Below the pieces are notes generated by a model. The model was given only the letters and a program-made list of their open reading frames with translations, ran no database searches and was not told where the DNA came from. Shown here one piece after another: positions 1 through 10,443 of a DNA stretch of 64,000 nucleotides. The translations under genes were made by a program, and so were the position numbers. Numbering within the stretch: the stretch's first letter is position 1; every line of letters begins with the position of its first letter. Source of the stretch: Nitrosopumilus sp. (GTDB lineage Archaea; Thermoproteota; Nitrososphaeria; Nitrososphaerales; Nitrosopumilaceae). The stretch is from positions 384,001-448,000 of the forward strand of contig OZ242041.1 of NCBI GenBank assembly GCA_965205215.1, in the 5' to 3' direction.

Positions 1-81
1 TACGAATACTCGAGGCTGTACGACAAAGAGTTCAGCCACGGGTACAGGAAGGCAAGCGTTCCGGACAAGGGGGACGGCTAG
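1..81 (+). CDS. 3' end of a CDS running in from outside the window (YEYSRLYDKEFSHGYRKASVPDKGDG*)
   Basis: Open frame 1 to TAG at 79-81; product not identifiable. Confidence 0.4.
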   Translation, partial: YEYSRLYDKEFSHGYRKASVPDKGDG

Positions 82-162
82 CCCGAGGGATACGGCGGCG
101 CCAGGTCGGGTACGGCGGCGCCAGAACATCTTGCCACCGCGCGCACGCGCAGCCCCATCCGG

Positions 163-966
163 TTACTGCAGCAGGAGCGGCCTGACCTTCCTGCGCACGC
201 GCAGCCTCTGCAGGTTGTCCTGCAGCGCGGCGTAATCGCCTGACGCGTATATCCTCAGGGAGTTCTTGCCGCGCGTCCCGTCCGGACACGCGCCAAGCAC
301 CTCCTTTGCCACGTTGTGCGCGGGGTTTACAAACTGCACGCCGGGATACTCCGACCCCAGAATACCGGCCAGAAACGGCAGGTGCGTGCTTGAGAGCGTG
401 ACCACGTCGATGCCATATCCCGATATCGCGGGATCCAGTATGCGGCGCGCGGCCGCCCTGCACGCCGCGGCGTCCCTCAGGAACAGGCCGGTCTCCACCA
501 TGCGGACAAGCTCCGAGCCATCGATCCGGAAGAACCTAGGGGCTCTGCGCGCGGCCACCCTGTATTCTCGTATCATCCGCGACAACCCCGCCCCTCGTAT
601 TCCGGACGCCGTCCCGAGTATCCCTATCCTTCCCGTATCGGACAGCCGGGCGGCCTCGGCAAGCGGCGGCCTCACCCCGGCCACCAGCATGCCGTCATCG
701 CGTCCGTCCCGTATGTCCAGCGCCAGACAGGGCGTGTTTGAGGCAATCACGACGGCATCGGGCGCAAACCGGCCGCGCAGGCCTGATATCGTCCTGCTTA
801 CGATGCGCCCCAGCTCCGCCCTAGGCTTTGAGCCGTACGGAAAGCTGGCCGTGTCCGCATAGTATATGATCTCGGCCGTCCCGCCCCCGCTTCTGGCAGC
901 CCTGCGGAGCTCCCTGACTATAGACAGTGAGCCCAGCCCCGAGTCGAACACCGCTATCCTAGGCAC
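163..966 (-). CDS. Glutamate racemase (MurI)/Asp-Glu racemase family protein
   Basis: IAVFDSGLGSLS, YYADTASFPYGSK, SNT and STH motifs; both catalytic Cys positions are Ser. Confidence 0.85.
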   Translation of the reverse strand: MPRIAVFDSGLGSLSIVRELRRAARSGGGTAEIIYYADTASFPYGSKPRAELGRIVSRTISGLRGRFAPDAVVIASNTPCLALDIRDGRDDGMLVAGVRPPLAEAARLSDTGRIGILGTASGIRGAGLSRMIREYRVAARRAPRFFRIDGSELVRMVETGLFLRDAAACRAAARRILDPAISGYGIDVVTLSSTHLPFLAGILGSEYPGVQFVNPAHNVAKEVLGACPDGTRGKNSLRIYASGDYAALQDNLQRLRVRRKVRPLLLQ

Positions 967-1070
967 GAACAGGCGGGGGCGGCACTACCTAAGTTTGTTA
1001 GTAAAATTTGGCACTTTGGTTGACAAAAATATACACCGTCCATTAAGTGGGAAGCGCAGCATGGGACGGC

Positions 1071-1739
1071 ATGGCAAACAACTTCGAGAACAACTGGTCT
1101 AGACCAGAGACGCGAAGTGTAACCGAGAAGATTCGTGATGCTGCAAAGCCTCAGGGGGCCCTCAAGCCCCGGATCCAGGCCGCAGTCAACGGACTGCAGG
1201 TCCAGATCTCAAAGATGGATGGCATGCTGGGCAAGCTGCGCGAGAGGGACCAAAGGCTCTTTCAGCGCGTGGTGGCGGCCATGCAGCAGCACGACATCAA
1301 CACCAGCAAGGTACTCGGCAGCGAACTGGCCGAGATACGCAAGGTTACAAAGATGCTAAGCAACATGAGGATGGCGCTCGAGCAGAGTCAGCTCAGGCTG
1401 ACAACCGTCCACGACCTCGGTGACGCAATGATTGCGCTCCAGCCTGCCATGAACACCATGAAGGGACTAAAGTCGTCGCTTGGGAAGTTCATGCCGGAGG
1501 CAGACTCCGAGCTGAACGCCATGACGCAGACCCTCAATGGGCTCATGATGGACTCGCTTGCCGGCGACTCCTTTGGCATGGAATCCGACGTGTCCAGCGA
1601 AGAGACGGAGAGAATCCTGCAGGAGGCCTCGGCGGTTGCAGAGCAACAGATCGGGCAGCAGTTCCCGTCCGTACCGTCCTCGACGGGGCTCTCGTCCCAG
1701 ACGGCGGCTGCGACCAGCACCACAAACTATACCCCGTAG
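1071..1739 (+). CDS. CdvB-like ESCRT-III (Snf7 family) protein
   Basis: Helical Snf7-type protein with LKPRI, ELAEIRK, RLTTVHDLGD and MPEA motifs; paralogous to 52459-53139. Confidence 0.9.
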   Translation: MANNFENNWSRPETRSVTEKIRDAAKPQGALKPRIQAAVNGLQVQISKMDGMLGKLRERDQRLFQRVVAAMQQHDINTSKVLGSELAEIRKVTKMLSNMRMALEQSQLRLTTVHDLGDAMIALQPAMNTMKGLKSSLGKFMPEADSELNAMTQTLNGLMMDSLAGDSFGMESDVSSEETERILQEASAVAEQQIGQQFPSVPSSTGLSSQTAAATSTTNYTP

Positions 1740-1819
1740 GAACGGGACCAACCCCTTCCTTTTTCTTTATTCTCTTCTTCATTTGCCCGCTCACTCATTC
1801 GCTCGTTCGCCCGCTCGCT

Positions 1820-2095
1820 AGTTCATCTGTTCCCGAGGTTCCCCTGCTCGTGGCCAGTCTCAAAGGGAAGCCTTCCCATCCCGGCGGATTGGCCAATGAC
1901 GCGTGCAGCAAAAATCCCAAGATCTGGGAATCGAACGACTCCAGCAGTTGCTGATTAGCCAAAATAAGGTCAAACCTCCCAGATCACCGGGCTTGTCGTG
2001 CAGCCGCAGGTCGCCGTCGGCCACATATGGCGCCCACGGGGCGTGACATGGAGCGAATCCGGCTGGTAACCCCACCTGATACGACTATCATAAGG
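1820..2095. ncRNA. Candidate structured non-coding RNA
   Basis: Intergenic gap with stems 1851-1860/1886-1895, 1921-1929/1977-1985 and hairpin 2077-2090; no convincing ORF. Confidence 0.35.
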
Positions 2096-2168
2096 AACTT
2101 GGCAGCTGCTCGTGCTCCGCGAGCCTGTCGGGTCGCGCCGATGGCGGCCGGCCAGCGGCTCCGCGCGG

Positions 2169-3350
2169 TCAGTCCCACAGGCCCTCTCGAAACGTGAGCT
2201 TTTTGTTGAGCACAAAGTTGCTAAAGGCGGCTGCCGCGATGGCCGCAAGCAGGGCAAGCGGGTACGACACACTGTGCGTGTCCACCAGCCAGTACACGGC
2301 CCCGAGCTGCACCGCGGCGCCAAGCGAGCTGAACGCTGCAAACCTGCCGTATTGCGACAGCGTCCGCTTCAATCCAAAGTCGCGGTCCTCAAACGTCCAC
2401 ACCTTGTTGAGCACAAAGTTGGTCGAGAGGGACGCAATGATCCCAAAGGCGTTTGCCTGCACGTACCAAAAGTCGGCCAGTCCGGATGCAAACAGCATGG
2501 AGACAAGATAGTTGACACCGAATCCGGACGCGCCTACCGTAAAGAACCTGGCGGCTTTTGAGAGAAACCTGACCGACCTGCGCTCCTTGGGGGCGGCCTC
2601 CTTGAGTTTCTTGCTCCTGTACAGCCTCCATACCGCGCGCAAATACTCGGTCACCGTCTGGTACAGGGAGGTGTCAAGCTTGCTTGTGCCCAGCCTGCGG
2701 TTCTCAAACGTGTACGGTATCTCGCGCACCGCTATGTTGTTGTTTGCCTTTACCAGCATCTCCAGCAGGAACTTGTAGCCCAGCGCGTCGAACGAAAGCC
2801 CGTTTATGATGTTCCGCTTGAACGCAAAGAACCCCGACATCGGATCCTTGATCTTTACGCGCAGCCCCAGCTTTGCAATTATGGCCGCGCCCTTGCTTAT
2901 CATCCTGCGCTTCAGCGTCCAGTTTCTGGTGCCGCCGCCCCGCACGTACCGCGATGCCACCACCAGGTCGCACTGGTACTGCCTGAGCGCCTCAAGCATC
3001 CTCGGTATGACCTGCGGCGGGTGTGAAAAGTCCGAGTCCATCACCACGATGGTCTCGGCCTTGGCGCTCTGGATCCCCCTCAGTATGGCAGACGCAAGCC
3101 CGCCCTGCCTTGCCTTGCGGTGTATCACGCTTACGGTATCCTCTGCAAGCCGCCTCAGCCCCTCCACATAGTCGTCGACCAAGCGGCCCGTGCCGTCCGG
3201 CGAGTCGTCGTCGACCACGATGGTCTCGGCCCACACGCCCTTGGGGATGTTCTCGCGTATTGACTTTAGGACTGATATGATGTTCTGCGACTCGTTGTAC
3301 GTGGGGATGATGATCGATACCTGCGGGCTGCTTGCAGGGCGTGTCGCCAT
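2169..3350 (-). CDS. GT2 dolichol-phosphate mannosyltransferase-like glycosyltransferase fused to a GtrA domain
   Basis: IIIPTYNE, VVDDDSPDGT, MDSDFSHPP, DPMSGFF; C-terminal GtrA-like transmembrane domain. Confidence 0.9.
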   Translation of the reverse strand: MATRPASSPQVSIIIPTYNESQNIISVLKSIRENIPKGVWAETIVVDDDSPDGTGRLVDDYVEGLRRLAEDTVSVIHRKARQGGLASAILRGIQSAKAETIVVMDSDFSHPPQVIPRMLEALRQYQCDLVVASRYVRGGGTRNWTLKRRMISKGAAIIAKLGLRVKIKDPMSGFFAFKRNIINGLSFDALGYKFLLEMLVKANNNIAVREIPYTFENRRLGTSKLDTSLYQTVTEYLRAVWRLYRSKKLKEAAPKERRSVRFLSKAARFFTVGASGFGVNYLVSMLFASGLADFWYVQANAFGIIASLSTNFVLNKVWTFEDRDFGLKRTLSQYGRFAAFSSLGAAVQLGAVYWLVDTHSVSYPLALLAAIAAAAFSNFVLNKKLTFREGLWD

Positions 3351-3417
3351 TATACGCCCTTTGAAATGTGTGAATATAAGGGTAGTAATGCGGCGGCGGG
3401 GGCGTCCCGATCGCACG

Positions 3418-4188
3418 TCACGCGCTCTTGCGGCGGCGGGATCGGCTGTGAACCGGCTGTGAACCGGCTGCCGCAGGGGCCCGTCCCCCAGATCTGCGGC
3501 GTCCCGCAGGCTTGGCGGGCGGCGGATCCGCGGCATGCACGTTATTCCTGTAAAAGAGGCACTCTGCGCGTATCTGGCACACCCCGCACATGGGCGAGAC
3601 CGGCTTGCAGATGTTCTGCCCGTACATCACAAACGTGTCGTTTATGCGCAGCCAGTGCCTCCTCGGAACCAGCTTCATCAGGGCCTGCTCCGTCTCCTCC
3701 GGGGTCTTCGTCTCCACGAGCCCCAGCCGGTTTGATATGCGGTGCACGTGTATGTCGACCGGTATCGCGGGCTTTTCAAACGCGTACACCAAAACGCAGT
3801 TGGCAGTCTTGCGCCCCACGCCGGGCATCCCGACCAGCTTGTCGATGTCCTCCGGCACGACGCCGCCGTACTCGGAATCCACTATCTTTGCGACCTCTAT
3901 TATCCTCCTGGCCTTGACGCGGTAAAAGCCGATGGGCCTGATTATGCGCTCCACGTCCCTGATTTTGGCGCCCGCAAGCTCCCGGGCGTCGCGGTATCTG
4001 GCAAAGAGGGCCCTGACCACCTTTGCGGTGTTCTCGTCCTTGGTCCTTGCAGACAGTATGGTGCCGATCAGTATGCTGAACGGCCCGCCCGTCTCGGCCT
4101 CGTGCAGCTCCCTGAGCGCGGTCATGCGGGGCGGCTTGACCGCGTTCATCGTGTTCATCATCCCGTCAAGAATCTTCTTCACGCGCAC
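3418..4188 (-). CDS. nth: Endonuclease III
   Basis: HhH motif MPGVGRKTANCVL, VDIHVHR, C-X6-C-X2-C-X5-C FeS motif. Confidence 0.93.
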   Translation of the reverse strand: MRVKKILDGMMNTMNAVKPPRMTALRELHEAETGGPFSILIGTILSARTKDENTAKVVRALFARYRDARELAGAKIRDVERIIRPIGFYRVKARRIIEVAKIVDSEYGGVVPEDIDKLVGMPGVGRKTANCVLVYAFEKPAIPVDIHVHRISNRLGLVETKTPEETEQALMKLVPRRHWLRINDTFVMYGQNICKPVSPMCGVCQIRAECLFYRNNVHAADPPPAKPAGRRRSGGRAPAAAGSQPVHSRSRRRKSA

Positions 4189-4233
4189 GGTGCGCTTATA
4201 GTATTATTATACCTGTCAGCGGCACATACGGCA

Positions 4234-5451
4234 ATGCACCTTGAAGAGTCCGAGGAGGCCGCGCTTGCGGGGGAGCGCGGCGAGATCATGCAGATGGCCT
4301 ACCGCATACTGGTCGCAACCGGGGAGGCCTCTGACGCCGAGCGCCTCATACCGATAAGGTGGGCGCACCTGTCAGGCGTGAACTACAACACGATAGGGGG
4401 CGCCGGCGAGGAGTTCCTCAGGAGCATAAGCTCGCGGGGCGCCAAGGTAAGGGTAAGAACCACGCTGAACCCCATGGGATTTGACGCGGACAGCGTGGAG
4501 AGGTACGGCCTCGGCGACGAGTTCGTCTCGGGGCAGGCCTCCATAGCTGACTCGTACGAGGCCATGGGGGTGACGCAGTCGTTCTCATGCATACCGTACG
4601 AGATATTCGAGATGCCCAGGGGCGAACAGATCGCGTTCGCGGAGAGCAACGCGGCGATATACGCAAACTCGTTTGCGGGAGCAAGGACGAACAAGGAGAG
4701 CGCCTTTAGCGCACTTGCGAGCGCCATTACGGGAAAGAGCCCCTACTCGGACCTGCGCAGGGAGGAGGAAGAAAAGGGAGCGGCGTCCAACGTGACCGTC
4801 CGGATGAGCGCCAAGGAGCCTGATGAGCTCACGTACGGAATGCTGGGCTACTTTGCGGGGAGGGAGGCGGGCGGCGCGTCCTCAGTCGACATATCCGGCG
4901 TGTCCGCGTCTGCAATGGACAGGAGACAGTGCAAGGCGATGTGCGGCGGGATGGGGACGTCTGGCACCTGCGCCAAGTTCCGGTTCGTAGAGGAGGGGAG
5001 TGACGGGGATACCCGCGGCGGCGGTAGTGGCGGTGACAGGCCGGAAACCGTAGAGTTTGATGATGATGCGGCGCGGAAGGTCCGCGACGAGCTTGACACG
5101 GCCGAGAACGGGGACGTCATAGCGCTCGGCAGCCCCCAGCTGGGCCTGTGGGAGATGTCCGACCTGCTGGAGCGGCTGCGGGGCCGCTCGTTCAAGAAGA
5201 GGTGCATGGTGTTCTGCCCCAGGGCGGTAAAGGAGCAGGCCCAGAAGCTGGACTACGTACGGGGCCTTGAGCGCGCCGGGTGCGAGATCCTGGCCGACTG
5301 CTGCACGTGCCTCTCGCCGCTGCTCGGCTCGGACAAGGTTGACGCCGTAACCACCAACAGCATAAAGGGCGCGTTTTACATGAACAACGCAAGCGGCGTC
5401 GGCGTGGACCTGAAGCCGCTCGCCAAGATACTGGAGGACGAGACGGAGTGA
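4234..5451 (+). CDS. Aconitase X catalytic subunit (phosphomevalonate dehydratase large subunit type)
   Basis: HLSGVNYNTIG, SCIPY, AESNA, TTNSIKGAFY; start at ATG 4234 after AT-rich promoter. Confidence 0.88.
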   Translation: MHLEESEEAALAGERGEIMQMAYRILVATGEASDAERLIPIRWAHLSGVNYNTIGGAGEEFLRSISSRGAKVRVRTTLNPMGFDADSVERYGLGDEFVSGQASIADSYEAMGVTQSFSCIPYEIFEMPRGEQIAFAESNAAIYANSFAGARTNKESAFSALASAITGKSPYSDLRREEEEKGAASNVTVRMSAKEPDELTYGMLGYFAGREAGGASSVDISGVSASAMDRRQCKAMCGGMGTSGTCAKFRFVEEGSDGDTRGGGSGGDRPETVEFDDDAARKVRDELDTAENGDVIALGSPQLGLWEMSDLLERLRGRSFKKRCMVFCPRAVKEQAQKLDYVRGLERAGCEILADCCTCLSPLLGSDKVDAVTTNSIKGAFYMNNASGVGVDLKPLAKILEDETE

Positions 5452-5810
5452 AGGTGTTGGTGGAGGGCAGGGCCCAAGGCACGGTGCTAAAGTCTGAGAT
5501 GCCGATCAACTTTCTCGGGGCGGTGGACAAAAAGAGCGGCGTGATAACCGACCGCAACCACGATCTGTACGGGAAGAGCGTCAAGGGCGCGATACTGGTC
5601 TTCCCGTCCGGGGCGGGAAGCAGCGTCGGGGCATATACGATATACGCGCTAAAGTCGGGCGGGGCCGCGCCGGCAGGCATGATATGCAGGGAGGCCGACC
5701 TGACGGTCGCCACCGGGTGCGCCGTAGCAGGCATCCCGCTCCACATCCTAGATCCGGACAAGTTTGCGTCCATCAAGACAGGCCAGCAACTCCTGCTTGG
5801 CGCAGACTGA
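5448..5810 (+). CDS. Aconitase X swivel (small) subunit, DUF126
   Basis: INFLGAVD, FPSGAGSSVG; overlaps the stop of the large subunit. Confidence 0.88.
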   Translation: MKVLVEGRAQGTVLKSEMPINFLGAVDKKSGVITDRNHDLYGKSVKGAILVFPSGAGSSVGAYTIYALKSGGAAPAGMICREADLTVATGCAVAGIPLHILDPDKFASIKTGQQLLLGAD

Positions 5811-6101
5811 GGCCGTCGCGGATCGCGAGACGCAGGGGAGGGGGCATCACGGCGCCAAGGAATCTTGGAGGCGACATGCGCAGGGGGTTCAAGATAAGGC
5901 ACCACATGACAAACGCCCAAAGGATAACACGCAGGCTCCCGGTCACGGGGGCCGGTACGTAATTTCCAAAACGGGCACTCATACGACAACCCCATCCATG
6001 TCCGGCGCGACATCGGACAAGTTGGCGAATTGGGCGCCGATCATCGGGGTTGCGGCGTGCGGTTGCGGCGTGACCTAGTGGCCGTTGCCGCACCACCGCC
6101 G

Positions 6102-6827
6102 TCACCGCCTCTTTGTCAGGTACAGCGCGCCCACAATAATGCCTATACCGGCCGCCACGTAGAACGGAAAGAGCGCAAAGGCGTTCTGCGACGGGTCGCC
6201 TGACAGGAACTCCACGAGCAGGTCGCCGGAGACGGTGGCAGGCGGGTCGGTCGACCCCTCCATGCCGTGCACGGAGTACGAGTCCGGCGCGAACAGCCCG
6301 ATGTCGAGGTTGGAGACCACGATCCGGGCGCCGTTGTTGACGGTCATCCCCGCCCTCTCGGTATATGATACTATGACCTTTGCCTGCGGGTACCATCCCC
6401 GCTCGCCGTCCCTGTGCACCACCACGTAGCCCTCCTTGGGGGTCTGGACTGCCACCCAGAACCTGTTGTCCGGGTTCGCCCCCATCCCGACCTCTACAAA
6501 CTCGTCCCTCGACTCCTGGTCGTACAGCCTGAGCACGGCGCTGCCCCCGGGGTGCGCGTACACCAGATCGTTGTCTATCGTGGCCTGCCAGCTTACGATG
6601 TGGGGCTGCTCCAGCATTACGATCGGCGCGTCCCGCAGCACGCGGTTGAACTCTGGCGAGTCGACCGTAACGGTTTCGATTACCAGCGACGGGTTCTTTA
6701 TGTCGTGTTGTTGCTGTTGCTGCTGCTGCGCATCCTGGTCCTGGGCCCACGCGTCCGCGCCATATAGGATCATCGCGGCCGCCACAACGGCCAAAAGCAC
6801 CGACGATGCAACGCCTGCCGCCCGCAT
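6102..6827 (-). CDS. Exported membrane-anchored hypothetical protein
   Basis: Signal peptide, poly-Q tract, C-terminal TM helix followed by KRR. Confidence 0.75.
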   Translation of the reverse strand: MRAAGVASSVLLAVVAAAMILYGADAWAQDQDAQQQQQQQHDIKNPSLVIETVTVDSPEFNRVLRDAPIVMLEQPHIVSWQATIDNDLVYAHPGGSAVLRLYDQESRDEFVEVGMGANPDNRFWVAVQTPKEGYVVVHRDGERGWYPQAKVIVSYTERAGMTVNNGARIVVSNLDIGLFAPDSYSVHGMEGSTDPPATVSGDLLVEFLSGDPSQNAFALFPFYVAAGIGIIVGALYLTKRR

Positions 6828-6920
6828 GTCACGTGCCGGCCTCCATCCCGAATAAATGAGCCGAGTCTGTCATGGTTGCCGCCGTTGTTGCCGCGTCAGC
6901 CTGCAAGGTACGCGCAAAAG

Positions 6921-8096
6921 TCATTCCTCTACAAACGGGTTGGGGTGGTTCAGTATTATATCGGATACCTCCGGCCTCAGAACGAACTTTGAGGGCGGCC
7001 TGTGCTCCTGTATCATCTGCCTAAGCTGGGTGCCGCTTATCTGCTCCCTGGCGCCCTCGCCGTGCGGGCAGCACTTTCCGTTGGTATACGTGATGCACTC
7101 GCCGCAGTAAAAGAATGCCGGAAAGAACACGGGTTGTATCTCCAGCTCGGGATACTCTGAGAATATCTCCTGGGCCGCAAACGGATGGTAAAAGGAGCCG
7201 ACCCCGGCGTGGTCCCTCCCTATGATGATGTGCGTGCAGCCGTAGTTCTGCCGCATTATGGCGTGGTGTATGGCCTCCCGCGGGCCCGCATACCTCATCT
7301 CGGTGTGGAGCGTGGCAAAGTGGCACCTGTTCTCCGGATAGTACAGCCGTATCATCTCCTTGTAGCATTTTATTATCACGTCGTCCACAAAGTCCCCCTT
7401 CTTCTTGCGGCCGACCAGCGGGTTGACAAAGACGCCGTCGCGGGTCGTAATCGACGTCTTTTGCAGCATCTCATGGGCTACGTGCGGCGGGTTTCTCGTC
7501 TGAAACGCGCATATGGTCTTCCACCCCGCCTCCTCAAAGGCCTTGCGCGTCTGTACAGGCGTCATCCGGTCCGAGCGCAGCAGCGTGTCCGCGGGCCTCT
7601 GCACATAGTCTATCACGCCGGAGACAAAGTTGTCGTGCAGCGACATCGTGTGGGCCACGCCCGGGTGCGACCTGTCAGTAGTCCCGTAGACGCCCTGGGC
7701 CAGCGCCTCCTTTGCGGGCCTGTACACCTCCTCCGCATGCAGTATGGCGATGCCCGTGCCCTGCGGATCCCTTAGCATGACGTCGCCTGCGTCTTTCACT
7801 GCAGACGCGGTCTCCTCCGTCACGTCAAGTACGATGGGTATGGTCCAGGCCGTGTCGTCCGCGAGCCTGCCCCTCTTGGCGACGCTCTCGACGTCCCCCT
7901 GTCCTAGAAACCCCTCAAGGGGGCTGAAGATCCCGTCCGCGATGTTCTCAACGTCGTTTGCCAGATCGGCCGATATCTGAAGCGAGAACATGTCGCCGTA
8001 CGCGGAGCCGTCGCTGCCGTCGTCGCGCGTGATCATGCGGTTTACAAGCCTGCCGCCGTGCGCCCCGATCGCCCCGCCGTTCTTGGACATGTACAT
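6921..8096 (-). CDS. sat: Sulfate adenylyltransferase
   Basis: [37 protein letters not shown]. Confidence 0.95.
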   Translation of the reverse strand: MYMSKNGGAIGAHGGRLVNRMITRDDGSDGSAYGDMFSLQISADLANDVENIADGIFSPLEGFLGQGDVESVAKRGRLADDTAWTIPIVLDVTEETASAVKDAGDVMLRDPQGTGIAILHAEEVYRPAKEALAQGVYGTTDRSHPGVAHTMSLHDNFVSGVIDYVQRPADTLLRSDRMTPVQTRKAFEEAGWKTICAFQTRNPPHVAHEMLQKTSITTRDGVFVNPLVGRKKKGDFVDDVIIKCYKEMIRLYYPENRCHFATLHTEMRYAGPREAIHHAIMRQNYGCTHIIIGRDHAGVGSFYHPFAAQEIFSEYPELEIQPVFFPAFFYCGECITYTNGKCCPHGEGAREQISGTQLRQMIQEHRPPSKFVLRPEVSDIILNHPNPFVEE

Positions 8097-8134
8097 GCTC
8101 CCTTGGGGTTCTATATGAAACCACGCCCTACCTA

Positions 8135-9460
8135 CAGTCAACGCAAATGTGCCCCAAGAGAGGGGGCGCAAGGCTATAATGCGCGCATATGAAAAAGATC
8201 TATATGTGACGTCTTAAGGCGGCTGATTGCGAATTGAAGAAAAGCCGCCTAAGACGATCTGCGCGGGGTTACGCGATATATCAATCTATTTTGCGTAGCC
8301 TGCAGCTGGGGGACCTGTCAAGCGCGCTGCCATTCTCGAGCAGGTACAACGCACTCTACGGCAAGGAGGACATGGACTTTGTCATGTACGAGGCGTGCAT
8401 GAGGAATCGCAACGTGACCTCCATCGCGATGGACAGGAACGGCACCAACGTCGGGCAGCCCGGTGCGCGCGCCCTGCCGTGCGGCGAGCGAATGATGCAG
8501 TGGATGAGGGCCGTCGACGGCGTGAGCCTGCGCGAGCTGTTCATAAGGGACACGGGGATGTACGTGGACCGCATGAAGGCGATGGGACTGTTCAGCGGGC
8601 CCGTCGACATTGCAATCGACTTTCACTACAGGGAGAGATACGACAAGAGGGACGGCCCCGAACTGGTGCGCAAAAAGCCAAGGAACGGGACCGACAGGTT
8701 CGAGGGATATGCCACGGCTCAGTGCGTCGTCAACGGGGAAAAGCTCGTGCTCGGGGTGGTTCCGGTGCGCAAGCTCCAGTCCACCCCCGACTTCGTGCCT
8801 GAGTTAATTCACATATGCGGCCGCGTGGGGGTCGAGATCGGCCTCGTCATGATGGACCGCGAGTTCTTCAACACGGGGGTGATAAGGTACCTCAGCGAAA
8901 ACGGGATACGGTTCCTGATCCCGTGCAGGAACACCGACACCGTCGTGGACGCGCTGGGGCAGTACTCGAGAAGGGCCAGGCACCGCGTGTCGGAGCTGGA
9001 GATAAGCGAGGGCGGCGGGGGGCGCACGGCCACGTACTGGGCCGTAATAACGGAGAGGAGGCGCAGGAAAAAACACGCGCCGTACCCGGAGCCGCCGGAG
9101 GAAAGGTACATCGCGTTTGCCACCAACGTGCCGGACGCGGACCCCGACAGGTACGGGCGGCGGTGGAACATAGAGACCGGATACAGGCTGCTTGAACAGG
9201 GCAATGCAAAGACGCGGTGCAGGGCCCCGGCGGCCCGGATGTTCTGCTTCATGTACACGTGCCTCTTTTACGACGCGTGGATAATCGCCAGGGCCCTGAT
9301 GTCCCGGGCGTACCTCCTGATGGGAACCGCAAACGCCCCCGACCTCAAGTGGGGGGAGTTTGCAGGGGCCCTCCACAACCTTCTCACCGATCCGACCCTC
9401 GAGCCGAAGCCCCCGCCAGACCTGCCGGAGGGCTTGTTCGAGTCACATTTGCGTTGACTG
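8135..9460 (+). mobile_element. ISH3/IS4-like insertion sequence, 1326 bp
   Basis: Perfect 17-bp TIR CAGTCAACGCAAATGTG (8135-8151 / 9444-9460); 6-bp TSD TACCTA (8129-8134 / 9461-9466). Confidence 0.92.
8234..9457 (+). CDS. DDE transposase, ISH3/IS4 family
   Basis: IAIDFH, MDREFF, RWNIETGYR motifs; stop codon lies inside the right TIR. Confidence 0.88.
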   Translation: MKKSRLRRSARGYAIYQSILRSLQLGDLSSALPFSSRYNALYGKEDMDFVMYEACMRNRNVTSIAMDRNGTNVGQPGARALPCGERMMQWMRAVDGVSLRELFIRDTGMYVDRMKAMGLFSGPVDIAIDFHYRERYDKRDGPELVRKKPRNGTDRFEGYATAQCVVNGEKLVLGVVPVRKLQSTPDFVPELIHICGRVGVEIGLVMMDREFFNTGVIRYLSENGIRFLIPCRNTDTVVDALGQYSRRARHRVSELEISEGGGGRTATYWAVITERRRRKKHAPYPEPPEERYIAFATNVPDADPDRYGRRWNIETGYRLLEQGNAKTRCRAPAARMFCFMYTCLFYDAWIIARALMSRAYLLMGTANAPDLKWGEFAGALHNLLTDPTLEPKPPPDLPEGLFESHLR

Positions 9461-9468
9461 TACCTACA

Positions 9469-10185
9469 TCAGACGGGATCCACGTGTATCCCGCACTCCA
9501 AGTCGCTACCTGACTCCCACCACCACCTGCCGTCGCGCAGCGACTGGCCGGGCTTTACGGGACGCGTGCACGGCTCGCATCCTATGCTCAGGTAGCCTCG
9601 GTCAAGCAGCTCGTTGTATACGACATCGTGGGACTTGATGTAGTTCTGGACGTCCTCCCACGTCCAGTTTATGATGGGGTTTATCTTGACGATGCCGCCG
9701 TGCGCCGCGTCGAGTTGGAACATATTGGCGGCGTGGCGCAGCTTCGTCTGTTCGTGGCGCAGGCCCGTGATCCAGCCGTCAAGCGTGGCAAGCATGCGGT
9801 TTATGGGGTGCACCTTGCGCACCTTGCAGCAGAGCTTGCGATTCTCCACGCTCTCATAAAACAGGTTGACCCCCTTTGCGTTGACCATCTCCTCGACCTC
9901 GGCCGCGTCGGGAAACACCACCTCCACCGCCACGCCGTACTTTTTGCGGATCCTGTCGATGGTGTCGTAGGTCTCCCTTGGAAGCCTCCCCGTGTCCAGG
10001 GTGAAGAACCGGAACTCCGGGTTTATCTTCAGCATGATGTCGATCAGGACGGCATCCTCGGCCCCAAAGCTGGAGGCCTTTGCCACCCTCGGGTGCAGGT
10101 TCTTAGAGGCCCATCTGAGCGCGTCCTCGGCGGTGGTAATCGACGAGTTCAGCTCGTCCACATCCTTCTGGGTGAATCTTGGCAT
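9469..10185 (-). CDS. cysH: Phosphoadenylyl-sulfate/APS reductase
   Basis: SSFGAED, LDTGRL, CCKVRK, SIGCEPCT, ECGIH. Confidence 0.93.
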   Translation of the reverse strand: MPRFTQKDVDELNSSITTAEDALRWASKNLHPRVAKASSFGAEDAVLIDIMLKINPEFRFFTLDTGRLPRETYDTIDRIRKKYGVAVEVVFPDAAEVEEMVNAKGVNLFYESVENRKLCCKVRKVHPINRMLATLDGWITGLRHEQTKLRHAANMFQLDAAHGGIVKINPIINWTWEDVQNYIKSHDVVYNELLDRGYLSIGCEPCTRPVKPGQSLRDGRWWWESGSDLECGIHVDPV

Positions 10186-10443
10186 GCGCCAAGACCGCGC
10201 GTTTGTTATATATTGATTACATCAATCCGTGGAAAGCCTGAGGATCCGGTCCACGACCGTACCAAACGGTATCCTGGGGCCACTGCTGCAAACGATCTAC
10301 CGGCGCCGGCCCCAAGTACATGACCCCCCCAATCCCCAACATCACTTGGCCACGGAGAGCATGAACAAGCCTGCCGTTCTGACGCGACGGCCAATGAACA
10401 CGGGCCCGTGGGAGGTGGGCGCGTCCTTAACGCATATAACATA

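Noticed and set aside
91-124. 14-bp direct repeat TACGGCGGCGCCAG (also an 11-bp duplication near 3445)
   Set aside because: Two copies only; consistent with local slippage
1820-2095. SRP RNA, RNase P RNA or tRNA call
   Set aside because: No SRP helix-8 or RNase P P4 consensus found; the GTTCGATTCCC motif lacks a cloverleaf
3742-4233. Long N-terminal ORF-track extensions (also GT2, DP1, cysQ, thermosome, glnA) and many antisense ORFs
   Set aside because: High-GC shadow frames that overlap well-supported genes
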